From: Bdellovibrionales bacterium
GTDB lineage: Bacteria; Bdellovibrionota; Bdellovibrionia; Bdellovibrionales; JAGQZY01
Assembly: GCA_964230645.1 (NCBI GenBank)
Contig: CAXRHT010000002.1
Span: 1,600,001-1,664,000, forward strand
Direction: 5' to 3'
Length of the DNA stretch: 64,000 nucleotides
Every line of letters begins with the position of its first letter. Position 1 is the stretch's first letter. The position numbers were made by a program, and so were the translations under genes. Below are positions 1 through 9,546 of this stretch, piece after piece. Under the pieces are notes generated by a model that was not told where the DNA came from, ran no database searches, and worked only from the letters and a program-made list of their open reading frames with translations.

Positions 1-1
1 A

Positions 2-520
2 CAATCCCACATCCCTGCTAAATTCCTCTTAGGTAAATTAGCTAATTCCATCACTACTATACCTGATGATTTGAGTGGAAAAACAGTTGGTGTCGAGAAA
101 AATACTAAATTCGCTGAATATGCCATGTTTTTGAATGATGAACTTAAGAAAAAATCTCTTCAAGAAATGACTATTATCGAATATGAAAATTCAAATGACA
201 TCAAGAAAGCACTTCTAAGTGGAGAAATAGAGTTCAATCCAGCCCCAGAAGGGTTTATTGCCGAAACAGTAAATAATGTTGATTTTTCTGAGTTTGGAAT
301 CGCAAGCCCGGAATTGACTTCAAATTTTGGTGGACAAGTCCTAGGTGATCGAGGCGCAGGTTTTGCCTTCCATGAGGATTCAAAAATTCAATATAAGATT
401 GCAGCAGCCATGCAAGAACTACTTTACACATGTGAGTACGCAAAGATCTATTCCCAATACATGGGTGATCTCAACGTCACCAACCTCTACCTGCCTATCC
501 ACTGTATTGATAAGAAATGA
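2..520 (+). CDS. Periplasmic amino-acid ABC transporter substrate-binding protein (family 3), 5'-truncated by the window edge
   Basis: The frame is open from position 2. DLSGKTVGVEKNT, KKALLSGEIE, GAGFAFH and YAKIYSQY resemble SBP_bac_3 motifs. Confidence 0.6.
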   Translation, partial: QSHIPAKFLLGKLANSITTIPDDLSGKTVGVEKNTKFAEYAMFLNDELKKKSLQEMTIIEYENSNDIKKALLSGEIEFNPAPEGFIAETVNNVDFSEFGIASPELTSNFGGQVLGDRGAGFAFHEDSKIQYKIAAAMQELLYTCEYAKIYSQYMGDLNVTNLYLPIHCIDKK

Positions 521-533
521 TCGTTAAAAAAGT

Positions 534-556
534 GCCTCTAAGAAAATCTTAGAGGC
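534..556 (+). terminator. Probable intrinsic terminator hairpin
   Basis: GCCTCTAAGA-aaa-TCTTAGAGGC, a perfect 10-bp stem 13 nt after the stop at 520. Confidence 0.6.
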
Positions 557-1139
557 TTCTATATTCAACCTTAAAAAAATGAACGATATCGGCATAAGCC
601 CAAAGCGATTAAATAATTCGACAAATTTTAAAATATCCAACCCAACTACCTGTCCAATTTTTGAGTTGCTTAGAAAGCTCATAAAGCTTCATTGGAAGAA
701 TTGGCATTTCAAGAGGAAATAATTTTTTTCACCACCTCAGTTGTCATTGATTTATATTAATTGACCTTTTAAACCTTGAAGGATTCGTACCAAGTAAATT
801 CAATCTTTCCTGGTCAATTAAAAAATAGAGATCACTGGCATGTCATTTTGACACAAATCGAACCAAATTTGTCCCTAATTCTACTAATAAAACCAAATAT
901 AATGAAATTATAAATACACCGCAACTTTCCAATATCTAATACGTTATCTCAATGTGGCTGTGAATCAGAGGATCAACCGGAAAAAGCGAGGAAAGATCTT
1001 ATATATCGACAGAAAAGGAGTCGTCACAGTGATCGCTATAAGTAGAACCAATCAACAATAGGAAGAACTTTTTTAACTGAACAACGAAAAAAAACAAAGA
1101 AATTATCAATTTTTTAAAATGACAACAGGAGATCAAAAG

Positions 1140-1661
1140 ATGAAACGAGAAGAACTTCTAATAATTTTCTTAATAATGTCAATTCCAACTCTAGCATTGT
1201 GTGAAACAACTCATTCTATCGATGAACCTGAAATCGTCCGGGAGGATTTGCCTACAGATTCACAGGAAGTGAGAAAAATGATTATCTGCAAAAGCCAGAA
1301 AGGTCATATTGAGGTACAAATACCAATGGTTGGCGAGCGCATTTCAAACAGAAGTAGAGACATTGATACAAGACTAGGTACAGAGCAAGAACAGTTCGCC
1401 CCTGATTCAGTACTAAGAATTCGCGATCAGAGAATACAGGGAGGCTATGGCGAGGAGTTCTTAACTTTGCAATCTTCTCCAAGAGAGATGATACTCCCCC
1501 TCGGTCCTGGCCAGGCGACCGCCCAAATTGCAAGGTACCATATAAGACTCGACGGTAATTCTTCCGAAGGCTATCAGGCTACTCTTTATGGAATGAAAAA
1601 ATTTGGTCCGAATGTTGGTATTTATGAATCAAGCTTCCATTTAAATTTACTCTGTGAATGA
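1140..1661 (+). CDS. Hypothetical secreted protein
   Basis: AGGAG RBS before ATG 1140 and a hydrophobic N-terminal signal-like segment. No recognisable family. Confidence 0.6.
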   Translation: MKREELLIIFLIMSIPTLALCETTHSIDEPEIVREDLPTDSQEVRKMIICKSQKGHIEVQIPMVGERISNRSRDIDTRLGTEQEQFAPDSVLRIRDQRIQGGYGEEFLTLQSSPREMILPLGPGQATAQIARYHIRLDGNSSEGYQATLYGMKKFGPNVGIYESSFHLNLLCE

Positions 1662-1790
1662 TAAGTTTCTGAAAGGAGGGGTGATGAGCCGAAAAATAGT
1701 ATTTAATTTTATACTCGTTAGTGGCTTTTCAAATTGGTTCAGGCTTCTTAATATTATTCGCTTTTTTACCCACCCAGAGAGGTTTCCTCA

Positions 1791-2366
1791 GTGGACAGCT
1801 TAAGACTGGAAAAATTACTCCGCGTTGAATATAACTTTACAGAGGAAGACTTGGTTGCGTTTTTTAGATTTTTCGAATACCGGAAGATTAAAAAGAACCA
1901 AGGTTATAAAATCGGTATAGGTAGAACAAGCAATATTATTTACGTAAACAATGGTCTGTTGATGACTTGCAGCCTAGTGCAGAATAGAAAAAAAATTGTT
2001 CATGACTTCACCCCTAAAGGCAATTTCCTCATTCCGATGAACACCCTCGTGAAAGTGGGTAATCTTGAGCGAACAATAGTCGCTCTGACCACAACGGTGA
2101 CTATTGAGTTTCCTTTTCGATACCTCTGCGATCAAGCCCGAGAGAACCCTCGAATAAAACTTTTACTAGACTCTCTCCAGGAAGAAAAGATCCGTTATTT
2201 AGCTGTAAGAGAAATGGAATTAATCTGTTTGAATGCAAAAGAGCGCTATGTCGCATTTCGAAACCGTTATCCTGAATCGATCGAGAAGATTCGACAGACG
2301 TATGTATCACAATATATCAACGTAAATCCAGTTACTCTAAGTCGTATTAAAAATAGTATGCCCTGA
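1791..2366 (+). CDS. Crp/Fnr-family transcriptional regulator
   Basis: N-terminal cNMP-binding-like domain, then AKERY and a C-terminal HTH QTYVSQYINVNPVTLSRIK typical of Bacteroidota-type Crp/Fnr proteins. Confidence 0.8.
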   Translation: MDSLRLEKLLRVEYNFTEEDLVAFFRFFEYRKIKKNQGYKIGIGRTSNIIYVNNGLLMTCSLVQNRKKIVHDFTPKGNFLIPMNTLVKVGNLERTIVALTTTVTIEFPFRYLCDQARENPRIKLLLDSLQEEKIRYLAVREMELICLNAKERYVAFRNRYPESIEKIRQTYVSQYINVNPVTLSRIKNSMP

Positions 2367-2563
2367 ACCAATATCTCTTGAAATCCAATTAGTTTTGGAT
2401 TCTTTCTCTTCCGTGGCACATTGCTAACGAGAGATTTGGCCAATTAAAAAACTTAGCTTAATCGCAATCTTTTGTAACGAATCCCATCGGTGCCTATTGA
2501 ATTCATTAAAATTTTAAAATTGTCGATACAAAAAGCTTAAGATAAAAGAACCTGTTACCCCTG

Positions 2564-5041
2564 CTAGACTTTTTCGGGCCAGGAGTGCTTGGGGTAGCGG
2601 CCTCGAAACTGTTTGCGCACAACTGGGTAGCTAGCTTGCCAGAAGCGAGCCATGTCTTGACTGATCTCGATGGGTCTCCGTCCAGGAGTTAAAAGCTCAA
2701 TAGCCAATGTCACCTCTCCGTCTCCAATCTTAGGGGACTCTCTAAATTCAAAAGCCTCTTGCAGAATGATCGAAATCATGGGCTTTTTAGTGTCGGCATA
2801 CGAAATGAGATTTTGCCTACGTGTTCTTGTTGCAATAAAACGGGGGGCGAAAGACTCGATAAAACCTAGCTGGGCTGCTGTGAAAAGCATTTTAATGGCG
2901 TTAAGCCAATCCTTGTCTTCTAGGTGGCGCTCTTTAGTTTCCGAGTAAGCCGCATCGACAATCAAATTCCAATGTTCTTCTGTCATTTCTGGAAATCCCA
3001 ATTCCGGATTGTGGTGGCGGCAAAAGTTAGCCCTTTCTATAAATCCCAGACTATTGGGAAAATCATCTTTTAAGACCTCCCTTGCCCCCTCAGAAAACCT
3101 TCTTTTAAAATGATCGATCATATGGGATTTTTTTAAAGGCAAACCGCGGGGCTCTTCTAAGGGAAGCTCCCATAGGCTTTGATACACATAAGGCTTTGGC
3201 TCCCCTTTTTTTCCACCCGTTTCAAGGCGGGTGACTGTTTCAATGCTCTTTTCATAAACCTTTTTGATGGTCTTTTTAGAAACGTCAAAGCGGAAGTTTA
3301 CTTCACTTTCCGTCTGACCATGGGTGCGATGATCCATTAGGCTTAGAGCGACAAAAAATTCTGTGTTTTTGGGTATCTTTCGCTTTCCAACAGATACGCC
3401 CCGACCGGTCGACATCAAAGCTCTTCTCTTTTTTTCAGTTCGAAAACGACACAGGCGGTGGGTGAAGGCTAACGTTATGGCCTCCTCTAGTGAGTCAATC
3501 TCGGGGAGAGTGTTTAATTTACTGGGCTTTTTTTCTATCTGTTGTTTTAATTTTTTAGCCAATTGATGATAGCGGTGGCCTGGATTTTCTTTAAGCCATT
3601 GGAGACGAGAGCGCAGGTCATCGGTTCTTTCGCCTTCTGGGGTTTGAGATAGAAAAGGGGCTGGATCGCCTTCTTGTAAAATGACTACGGTTACAAGAGC
3701 CTCGTCTAAAAACTTCTGATTTAGGCTTAAGGCTGCGAGAACGGCACTGCTAAAGTCGCCAGGAAATTGAGCCACCCAAAAGCCTATGGCCGTAAGTTTT
3801 CCTTCCTTGATACACCCTGAAATTTCTAAGCGTCGGTAGGCCAAATCCCATTGTTCTCTCTCAGGTGCCTCTAAAAACTCGAAACTCTCAAGTGGATGCC
3901 CAAAACTCATGACCTTCGTTATTAACTCGATTGGATCCGTGCGATGAATTTCAGCAGGTGTAGTTTTTCTCATTCGCTGCTCATCAGCACTCGTCCACAT
4001 CTTATAACAGACACCTTCTTGTAAACGCCCAGCCCTTCCTTCTCGTTGGGTGGCAGAGTCTAGAGCGATTCGCCGCACGGATAGAGACTGCACACCGGTT
4101 TTTGCATTGAAATTGGACTCTCTTTTCAAGCCTGAATCGATCACCACTTGAACATTGGGAATGGTTAAACTGGTCTCGGCGATATTGGTTGATAATATAA
4201 TTTTTCTTCTCGAGTCTTCAGCGAGTGCCGTATTTTGGTTTTCCTTTTTTTCTTTCGAAGAGAGTGTGTGTATCTCCACCTGATGGTGCTTTTCTACCTG
4301 AGCTAGGCTTAAGGTTTCTTTAGCTCTTTGAATCTCACTGCGTCCGGGTAGGAAGACAAGGATATTACCCTCAGGATGGTTTTTGAGAGCATGAGTGCAA
4401 AGTTCTAGGAGTTTTTCATTAAAAACACTGCGGTCGTGAAAATTTAAGGCTCGCTTAAGGTAAAACTTTTCAACCGGATATAGACGACCTTTAATATCAA
4501 TATGTTGGGCTTCTGGAAAAAAATCATTTAATGGTCCGACATCTAAAGTTGCGGACATCACCAGAAGTTTGACTCGGTTTTGTTGTTTGATCCAGGAGCA
4601 AGCTAGATCCGTGTGCAGGCTTCTTTCATGAAACTCATCGAGAATAATTAAATCAAAGTTTTTTTCGGCATCGCCACTGGCTAGCATCCGGCTAAGTACG
4701 CCCTCGGTCATAATAGTAAGACGTGTGCTTGAACTTTTTTTATGGACATTCTTCATAATGAGCCCGACCTCATCACCCACTTTCCAATTATTGAATTGCG
4801 CAATGGTCTGGGCACTGCGCTGGGCTGCCACGCGCCTTGGCTGTAACATTGCAATCCGTAGATCAGAATTTTTTACCAAATGAGGTGCTACCAAGATCGT
4901 TTTTCCAGATCCCGGTGTTGCGGTTAGAATAGTCACAGGATGCTCATTAACAGCCCCTCCTACCCTCTCCAGGTGCTCAAAGACTGGAAGCTTTTGCAAT
5001 TTTTCGTCCATCGTTGAGACGATAGCACGAGCCTCCGTCAT
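2564..5041 (-). CDS. hrpB: ATP-dependent RNA helicase HrpB
   Basis: GSGKT, QPRRVAA, DEFHER, MSAT, STNIAETSLTI and QREGRAGR motifs, plus an HrpB_C tail (FWQASYPVVRKQFRGRYPKHSWP). Confidence 0.92.
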   Translation of the reverse strand: MTEARAIVSTMDEKLQKLPVFEHLERVGGAVNEHPVTILTATPGSGKTILVAPHLVKNSDLRIAMLQPRRVAAQRSAQTIAQFNNWKVGDEVGLIMKNVHKKSSSTRLTIMTEGVLSRMLASGDAEKNFDLIILDEFHERSLHTDLACSWIKQQNRVKLLVMSATLDVGPLNDFFPEAQHIDIKGRLYPVEKFYLKRALNFHDRSVFNEKLLELCTHALKNHPEGNILVFLPGRSEIQRAKETLSLAQVEKHHQVEIHTLSSKEKKENQNTALAEDSRRKIILSTNIAETSLTIPNVQVVIDSGLKRESNFNAKTGVQSLSVRRIALDSATQREGRAGRLQEGVCYKMWTSADEQRMRKTTPAEIHRTDPIELITKVMSFGHPLESFEFLEAPEREQWDLAYRRLEISGCIKEGKLTAIGFWVAQFPGDFSSAVLAALSLNQKFLDEALVTVVILQEGDPAPFLSQTPEGERTDDLRSRLQWLKENPGHRYHQLAKKLKQQIEKKPSKLNTLPEIDSLEEAITLAFTHRLCRFRTEKKRRALMSTGRGVSVGKRKIPKNTEFFVALSLMDHRTHGQTESEVNFRFDVSKKTIKKVYEKSIETVTRLETGGKKGEPKPYVYQSLWELPLEEPRGLPLKKSHMIDHFKRRFSEGAREVLKDDFPNSLGFIERANFCRHHNPELGFPEMTEEHWNLIVDAAYSETKERHLEDKDWLNAIKMLFTAAQLGFIESFAPRFIATRTRRQNLISYADTKKPMISIILQEAFEFRESPKIGDGEVTLAIELLTPGRRPIEISQDMARFWQASYPVVRKQFRGRYPKHSWPEKV

Positions 5042-5064
5042 TTGCCTAGTTTGGTGCTTGGTCT

Positions 5065-6585
5065 CTAGGGGTTAATGTCGGTGAGGCGCTCAAGGATGGT
5101 GGCGCGGAATTTTTGGGCGGCTATAATGTCTTGTTGGGACCAGGGGATGGATTGGTTTTTTGTGACCTCTTTCCATTGAGTGAATGAGGATCTGGGAGAA
5201 AGGACTTCTCTGCCGGCAATCTTTTCCACCTTTTTTTCTGGGGCGCCACCCCACTTCACTGTGGTCTTAAATTCGGGGCGAAACCAAAGAACAGAGGCTC
5301 CGATCTTTCGAGTTTTCTTTTTAGCTGAAGCGGTTACACCCACCCCCATGACTCCGCAGGTGTTTATCTGCCCTTCCATTTCTGGAATTTCGGAGCTGAT
5401 CTTGTCTGAGTGAGCAATCTGACGCTCACCATTAAAAACCCAGAGGTTGAGTCTGTCTAAATCTTTTTCCGGTGGAACTTTTCCTAAAAGAACTCGGTGG
5501 TCTCCAAATCTAACCACGGCACCATTGGCACCCAGAAAATTCAGAATGTCGTCGCCTTCGTTCTCTAATCCACTTTCTAGGTTTTCTGAGTCTGAGATTT
5601 TTTTGAATAGCTCTCTGGCCTGATAATCCACTCGATCTATAAAATTCATCTTTTGATTTGTGGTTAATACTGAGGCTCTTAATCCAAACTCGTTAATGGA
5701 CTCAGCACAGTGCCTTAACAAGCTTACTGGAAGATAGGCTTTGGATTTGTGATGAAGGGTCACAAGCCCCCACAACCTGCCATTTACCTTCACAGAAAAC
5801 GAGAAGGAGGCTCCCACCTCCATATTCTTTAAATACTGTATATGAACGGGCGAGACACTGCGGAGATCTGAATAGGTCAGATCGAGACCTTCTTGTTCTG
5901 ACAATGAGGCTCTGATGGGCACAGGTTCACTTTGAACATTAGGAATGGCACGGTAGTTATTTAGCATATAAAGATCGCGAGCAATTTTTGGAATATCGGT
6001 GGCTGGAAAACGTAGGCCCAAGAAGTCCCCCATGCCCTCACCTTCTTGTGCAAGTACTTCTCCATCCCATGTGTCTGTGAAGCGGTAAATTAGCACTCGA
6101 TCAAGCTCGGTACTTTTTCGAATCTTTTTACAAAGGATATTACACTCTTCATAGATATCTTCCATAGGATGATTCAAGGGTGTGCGAGGCATTATTTTTT
6201 CATAATCCCCACCCACTGACATCTCTCTGTTCTCAGCCCATAATTCAACAATTCGATTTTTTCCTGAGGTTTTTGAGATACTGGCGTGTAGCCTGCCGAC
6301 ACTTTCTAATGTCATCGCACTTTCTAGGAAGACTTTCTCTCCTTTTTTAAGATCGGAATTCACTCGAAAAAGGATCCCCTCTGATAACAAGTCCGAAACG
6401 GGAGTTCCAAAGAGTTCTTGCAGAGACATATCAAAAGCTGTCTCACAATTTTCAGAGGCATGAAGAACTTTTCCTGATTCAGAATCGACATGCAGTAGAT
6501 AACCATGGCCTTGGATATGCCCACTTAAATGAAGCTTTTCATTCTCACAAGTTTTAACCAATTCTTTCCAATGACTCTCTTCCAT
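5065..6585 (-). CDS. bphP: Bacteriophytochrome photosensory core (PAS-GAF-PHY) without an output domain
   Basis: N-terminal bilin Cys in TCENEKLHLSGHIQGHG, RVLIYRF, FPATDIP, LRSVSPVHIQYLKNM, WFRPE, WGG and PRSSF. The ORF ends right after the PHY helix. Confidence 0.9.
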   Translation of the reverse strand: MEESHWKELVKTCENEKLHLSGHIQGHGYLLHVDSESGKVLHASENCETAFDMSLQELFGTPVSDLLSEGILFRVNSDLKKGEKVFLESAMTLESVGRLHASISKTSGKNRIVELWAENREMSVGGDYEKIMPRTPLNHPMEDIYEECNILCKKIRKSTELDRVLIYRFTDTWDGEVLAQEGEGMGDFLGLRFPATDIPKIARDLYMLNNYRAIPNVQSEPVPIRASLSEQEGLDLTYSDLRSVSPVHIQYLKNMEVGASFSFSVKVNGRLWGLVTLHHKSKAYLPVSLLRHCAESINEFGLRASVLTTNQKMNFIDRVDYQARELFKKISDSENLESGLENEGDDILNFLGANGAVVRFGDHRVLLGKVPPEKDLDRLNLWVFNGERQIAHSDKISSEIPEMEGQINTCGVMGVGVTASAKKKTRKIGASVLWFRPEFKTTVKWGGAPEKKVEKIAGREVLSPRSSFTQWKEVTKNQSIPWSQQDIIAAQKFRATILERLTDINP

Positions 6586-6914
6586 ACGCTCGTCTCCACA
6601 GCTAAAACTCTCGTCAGGTTAATTCAAAAAATAATCGTATCTTTGAAGACTCCTTGGTCATTTAGTGACTAGCCACCGGGTTTGTGATGGGATGGCTACT
6701 GTCTAGCAGAATCCCAGACATAGCTTAGCTCACTGGTAATGTCGAGTCCGACTTGGTGTTTATCTTTTCTAAAATCGGTGAACTTTTAACGACATTAAAG
6801 GTCAGGGCCTCCAAGAGAATAAGGGCGAGATGAAATCGATTGTGTTGATCTCTGCCTTGGGATCATCCGATTGGAAGTCCATCTGGCTTCGAGTCTCAAA
6901 ATCAAGCGTTCTAT

Positions 6915-6941
6915 TTAAGGGATTCCTCCAAGTGCCGATAA
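6915..6941 (+). promoter_or_regulatory. Putative sigma28 (FliA)-type promoter
   Basis: TTAA-N15-GCCGATAA, with a perfect -10 element, upstream of the YHYH-domain gene. Confidence 0.55.
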
Positions 6942-7051
6942 ACTTTCTTTATTTCGTTTCTCTTAGTTGGAGCCTCAGGAATCCAGACTAGAAGACGCGA
7001 TTCTAATATAAACTAATGGCCTTCTTATCTACATCAAAAGGAGCTCTCACC

Positions 7052-7333
7052 ATGCGATTTCTATTATTACTTTTGATGCTCTTCTCGCTAAATCTGGCCG
7101 AGGCTCATGGTGGGAGAACTGACTCTTCGGGTTGTCATCATGATAAAAAAAATGGTGGGTACCATTGCCATAAAGCAAAAACAGAAAGCCGTACAGCCGA
7201 CTTCCTTAAAAAAGAAGCTCGAGAAAATTCCACTTGCTGTAAGGTCTGTCTTAAAGGTAAAGCCTGCGGGAACTCCTGTATTTCTCGCAGCAAAACCTGT
7301 CATAAAACCCCTGGCTGCGCCTGTGATGGCTAA
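7052..7333 (+). CDS. Secreted YHYH-domain protein with a Cys-rich C-terminus
   Basis: AGGAG RBS and signal peptide ending AEA, then HGGRTDSSGCHH...YHCH and CCKVCLKGKACGNSCISRSKTCHKTPGCAC. Confidence 0.8.
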   Translation: MRFLLLLLMLFSLNLAEAHGGRTDSSGCHHDKKNGGYHCHKAKTESRTADFLKKEARENSTCCKVCLKGKACGNSCISRSKTCHKTPGCACDG

Positions 7334-7341
7334 AAATTAGC

Positions 7342-8448
7342 ATGCTGACTCTCTGCATGGTCAAAAGGACCCTGCAAGAGAGTAGACTAGTCCGCATGAT
7401 GAAGCAGCCGACCTTTCGTTTAAGTCGCTTCGAGAAAAAGCGGCAAATCTTTTATGTCCTTTTTGATCTCCTGATGATCTTAACAGTGCTTTTTAATATC
7501 ACGTGGATTGTTTTTGATACGCTTTTTGTCAGTGAAGTCTTTCAGAACTTTCTGGCCACTTTTTTGCCTGAGTTTACGGCCTACTATGCCGAAGTGATTC
7601 ATCCCAATTTCCCCACCTACGATATGATTTTTGTTGGGATCTTTCTAACGGAGTTTTTTATTCGTTGGGCCGCCGCTATTTATAATCACACCTACTATCG
7701 CTGGTTCTTTTTTCCATTCGTTCATTGGTATGATCTTTTAGGGTGTATTCCGATAGGCTCCATGCGGTGGTTGCGGCTTCTTCGTATCTTCGCAGTGGTC
7801 TATCGCTTACAAAAGTATAAGATTTTTGATTTTTCTAATACCTATCCCGTTCTTTTCTTTAGAAAGTACCTTGACGTTGTGGTTGAAGAGATCTCTGACC
7901 GAGTGGTGATCAATTCTCTTAACGGCATTGAGGATGAGATTAAGGAAGGGCACCCAGTAGTTGAGCGGATTACAAAAGAGGTACTGGTTCCCCAAAAAGA
8001 ATTGGTGGGTCACTGGGTGACTCAAAAGATAAACGACCTAAAAACCAGTGTTTACGAACCGAATCGCGAGGATTTCAAAAAATATGTTGAGGCTAATATC
8101 AGGGAGTCCATGAGTCAGGCCAGTAACATCAAACTAATATCTAAAATCCCGGTGGTAGGCCCCCTGATTGATAATGCTCTTGATGATATTGTGAGTGACG
8201 TGGTTTTTAATGTGACCGATAAATTACTTGCCGATTTGGGAAGCGAGAACACCGATGTCGTGGTGGAGCAGCTCACTGATCAGGTGATGTTGCAATTGAC
8301 AGAAACGAGCCCACTTACAAACCAAGTGGCTCGTGATGTTTTGATTCGCTCGCTCCATATTATTAAAGAAGAGGTAGCCGTTCAGAAGTGGAAGTCTAAG
8401 GACTACTCAAAGAAGAAAAAAGCACCTAGACCCTCGGCGGTCCAGTAG
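7342..8448 (+). CDS. Ion_trans-like membrane protein (S1-S4 voltage-sensor-like helices plus a cytoplasmic helical domain)
   Basis: S2-like FVGIFLTEFFIRW, S3-like WYDLLGCIP and S4-like RWLRLLRIFAVVYRL. The true start may be a later Met. Confidence 0.7.
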   Translation: MLTLCMVKRTLQESRLVRMMKQPTFRLSRFEKKRQIFYVLFDLLMILTVLFNITWIVFDTLFVSEVFQNFLATFLPEFTAYYAEVIHPNFPTYDMIFVGIFLTEFFIRWAAAIYNHTYYRWFFFPFVHWYDLLGCIPIGSMRWLRLLRIFAVVYRLQKYKIFDFSNTYPVLFFRKYLDVVVEEISDRVVINSLNGIEDEIKEGHPVVERITKEVLVPQKELVGHWVTQKINDLKTSVYEPNREDFKKYVEANIRESMSQASNIKLISKIPVVGPLIDNALDDIVSDVVFNVTDKLLADLGSENTDVVVEQLTDQVMLQLTETSPLTNQVARDVLIRSLHIIKEEVAVQKWKSKDYSKKKKAPRPSAVQ

Positions 8449-8599
8449 AGTGACTCGAAGAAATATTGAAAAACACTCACTTTTTTAGCCTCACGACGAT
8501 AGCCCTTTTAGGGATCTGCACACAATGTAGATACTAAATGTAGGAAAAAATATTCGGCTTATTCTAATCTAGATAAAACTAACGACATGGAGGTCAAAA

Positions 8600-8746
8600 A
8601 TGTTTCACCAAGACGGTCACACCACAGGCGATGCCACTTACTTTGATTTTTATAAAACCCATGAGCCCCAACCTTGGCCCACAAATCCCAAAAAACCCCT
8701 TAAAAAAGATCTTTCAACCTGGATAAAGCTTTTAATAAGCCGGTAA
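8600..8746 (+). CDS. Small hypothetical protein (48 aa), below the ORF-track cutoff
   Basis: GGAGG RBS 6 nt before the ATG; translates as MFHQDGHTTGDATYFDFYKTHEPQPWPTNPKKPLKKDLSTWIKLLISR. Confidence 0.45.
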   Translation: MFHQDGHTTGDATYFDFYKTHEPQPWPTNPKKPLKKDLSTWIKLLISR

Positions 8747-8873
8747 TTCCTACCTTATGTTCCCTTTGAGACGGCCCGACTCACACCAGAACTCCTGAAG
8801 ATTTAACCATTGCTCCCCTAGAGTATTAAGACCTATATTTTATATTAGTCTTATCTTTACTTGGGAGTCACTG

Positions 8874-9218
8874 GTGATAGCTTTTAAAACTCTTCTTCTA
8901 CTCACATGTTCAAATATTTTCATGACTTTTGCCTGGTATGCCCACCTTAAAAATATGAAGGCTAAGCCCCTTGTTATCGTCATTTTAGTTAGTTGGGGAA
9001 TTGCATTTTTCGAGTACTGCTTTCAGGTTCCGGCTAACAGGATTGGATTTAATTATTTCTCTCTTCCTCAGCTTAAAATACTTCAAGAAGTGATTACCCT
9101 TTTAGTCTTTCTTGGTTTTGCTGTCTTTTATATGGGAATTAAACCGAGTTTAAACTTTCTGTGGGCGAGCTTTTGTATCGTTGGTGCGGTTTATTTTATT
9201 TTTAAAGATGGTATGTAA
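8874..9218 (+). CDS. DMT-family small membrane protein (DUF486/DMT_6)
   Basis: SNIFMTFAWYAHLK, SWGIAFFEYCFQVPANRIG and QLKILQEVITL signatures. Confidence 0.9.
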   Translation: MIAFKTLLLLTCSNIFMTFAWYAHLKNMKAKPLVIVILVSWGIAFFEYCFQVPANRIGFNYFSLPQLKILQEVITLLVFLGFAVFYMGIKPSLNFLWASFCIVGAVYFIFKDGM

Positions 9219-9267
9219 TAGGGATCCCAACACTTTAAGCAAAGAATTGTTGACCAAAGGAGGACTT

Positions 9268-9543
9268 ATGAAAGGTTTACCCGATTCGGTAAAGGCCTAT
9301 AAAAAAACACCACTCTTCACCAACGAGTCCGTGCCAGATGGACTCTTGAAAACTCATAGGACCAAGGCGGGTACTTGGGGCAAAATTTGTGTTGAAAAGG
9401 GAAAGCTTCAGTATGTGATTGAAAAAGAACCCAAAGAGACCATAGAACTTGGTCCGCAAAATCATGGAGTGGTTGAGCCGGAAGTTCCTCATCATGTGAA
9501 GCCCATGGGGGAAGTGGAGTTTTATGTTGAGTTCTACAAATGA
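9268..9543 (+). CDS. DUF1971 cupin (TehB/YeaR N-terminal-like)
   Basis: GGAGG RBS; YKKTPLFTNESVPDGLLKTHRTKAGTWGK, PHHV and FYVEFY. Confidence 0.85.
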   Translation: MKGLPDSVKAYKKTPLFTNESVPDGLLKTHRTKAGTWGKICVEKGKLQYVIEKEPKETIELGPQNHGVVEPEVPHHVKPMGEVEFYVEFYK

Positions 9544-9546
9544 TTT

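Noticed and set aside
841..853. TGTCA-N3-TGACA palindrome as a Crp or PpsR site
   Set aside because: The spacing fits neither consensus and it occurs only once.
6586..7015. Possible heme oxygenase or remnant upstream of the phytochrome
   Set aside because: No ORF of suitable length and no heme oxygenase motif seen.
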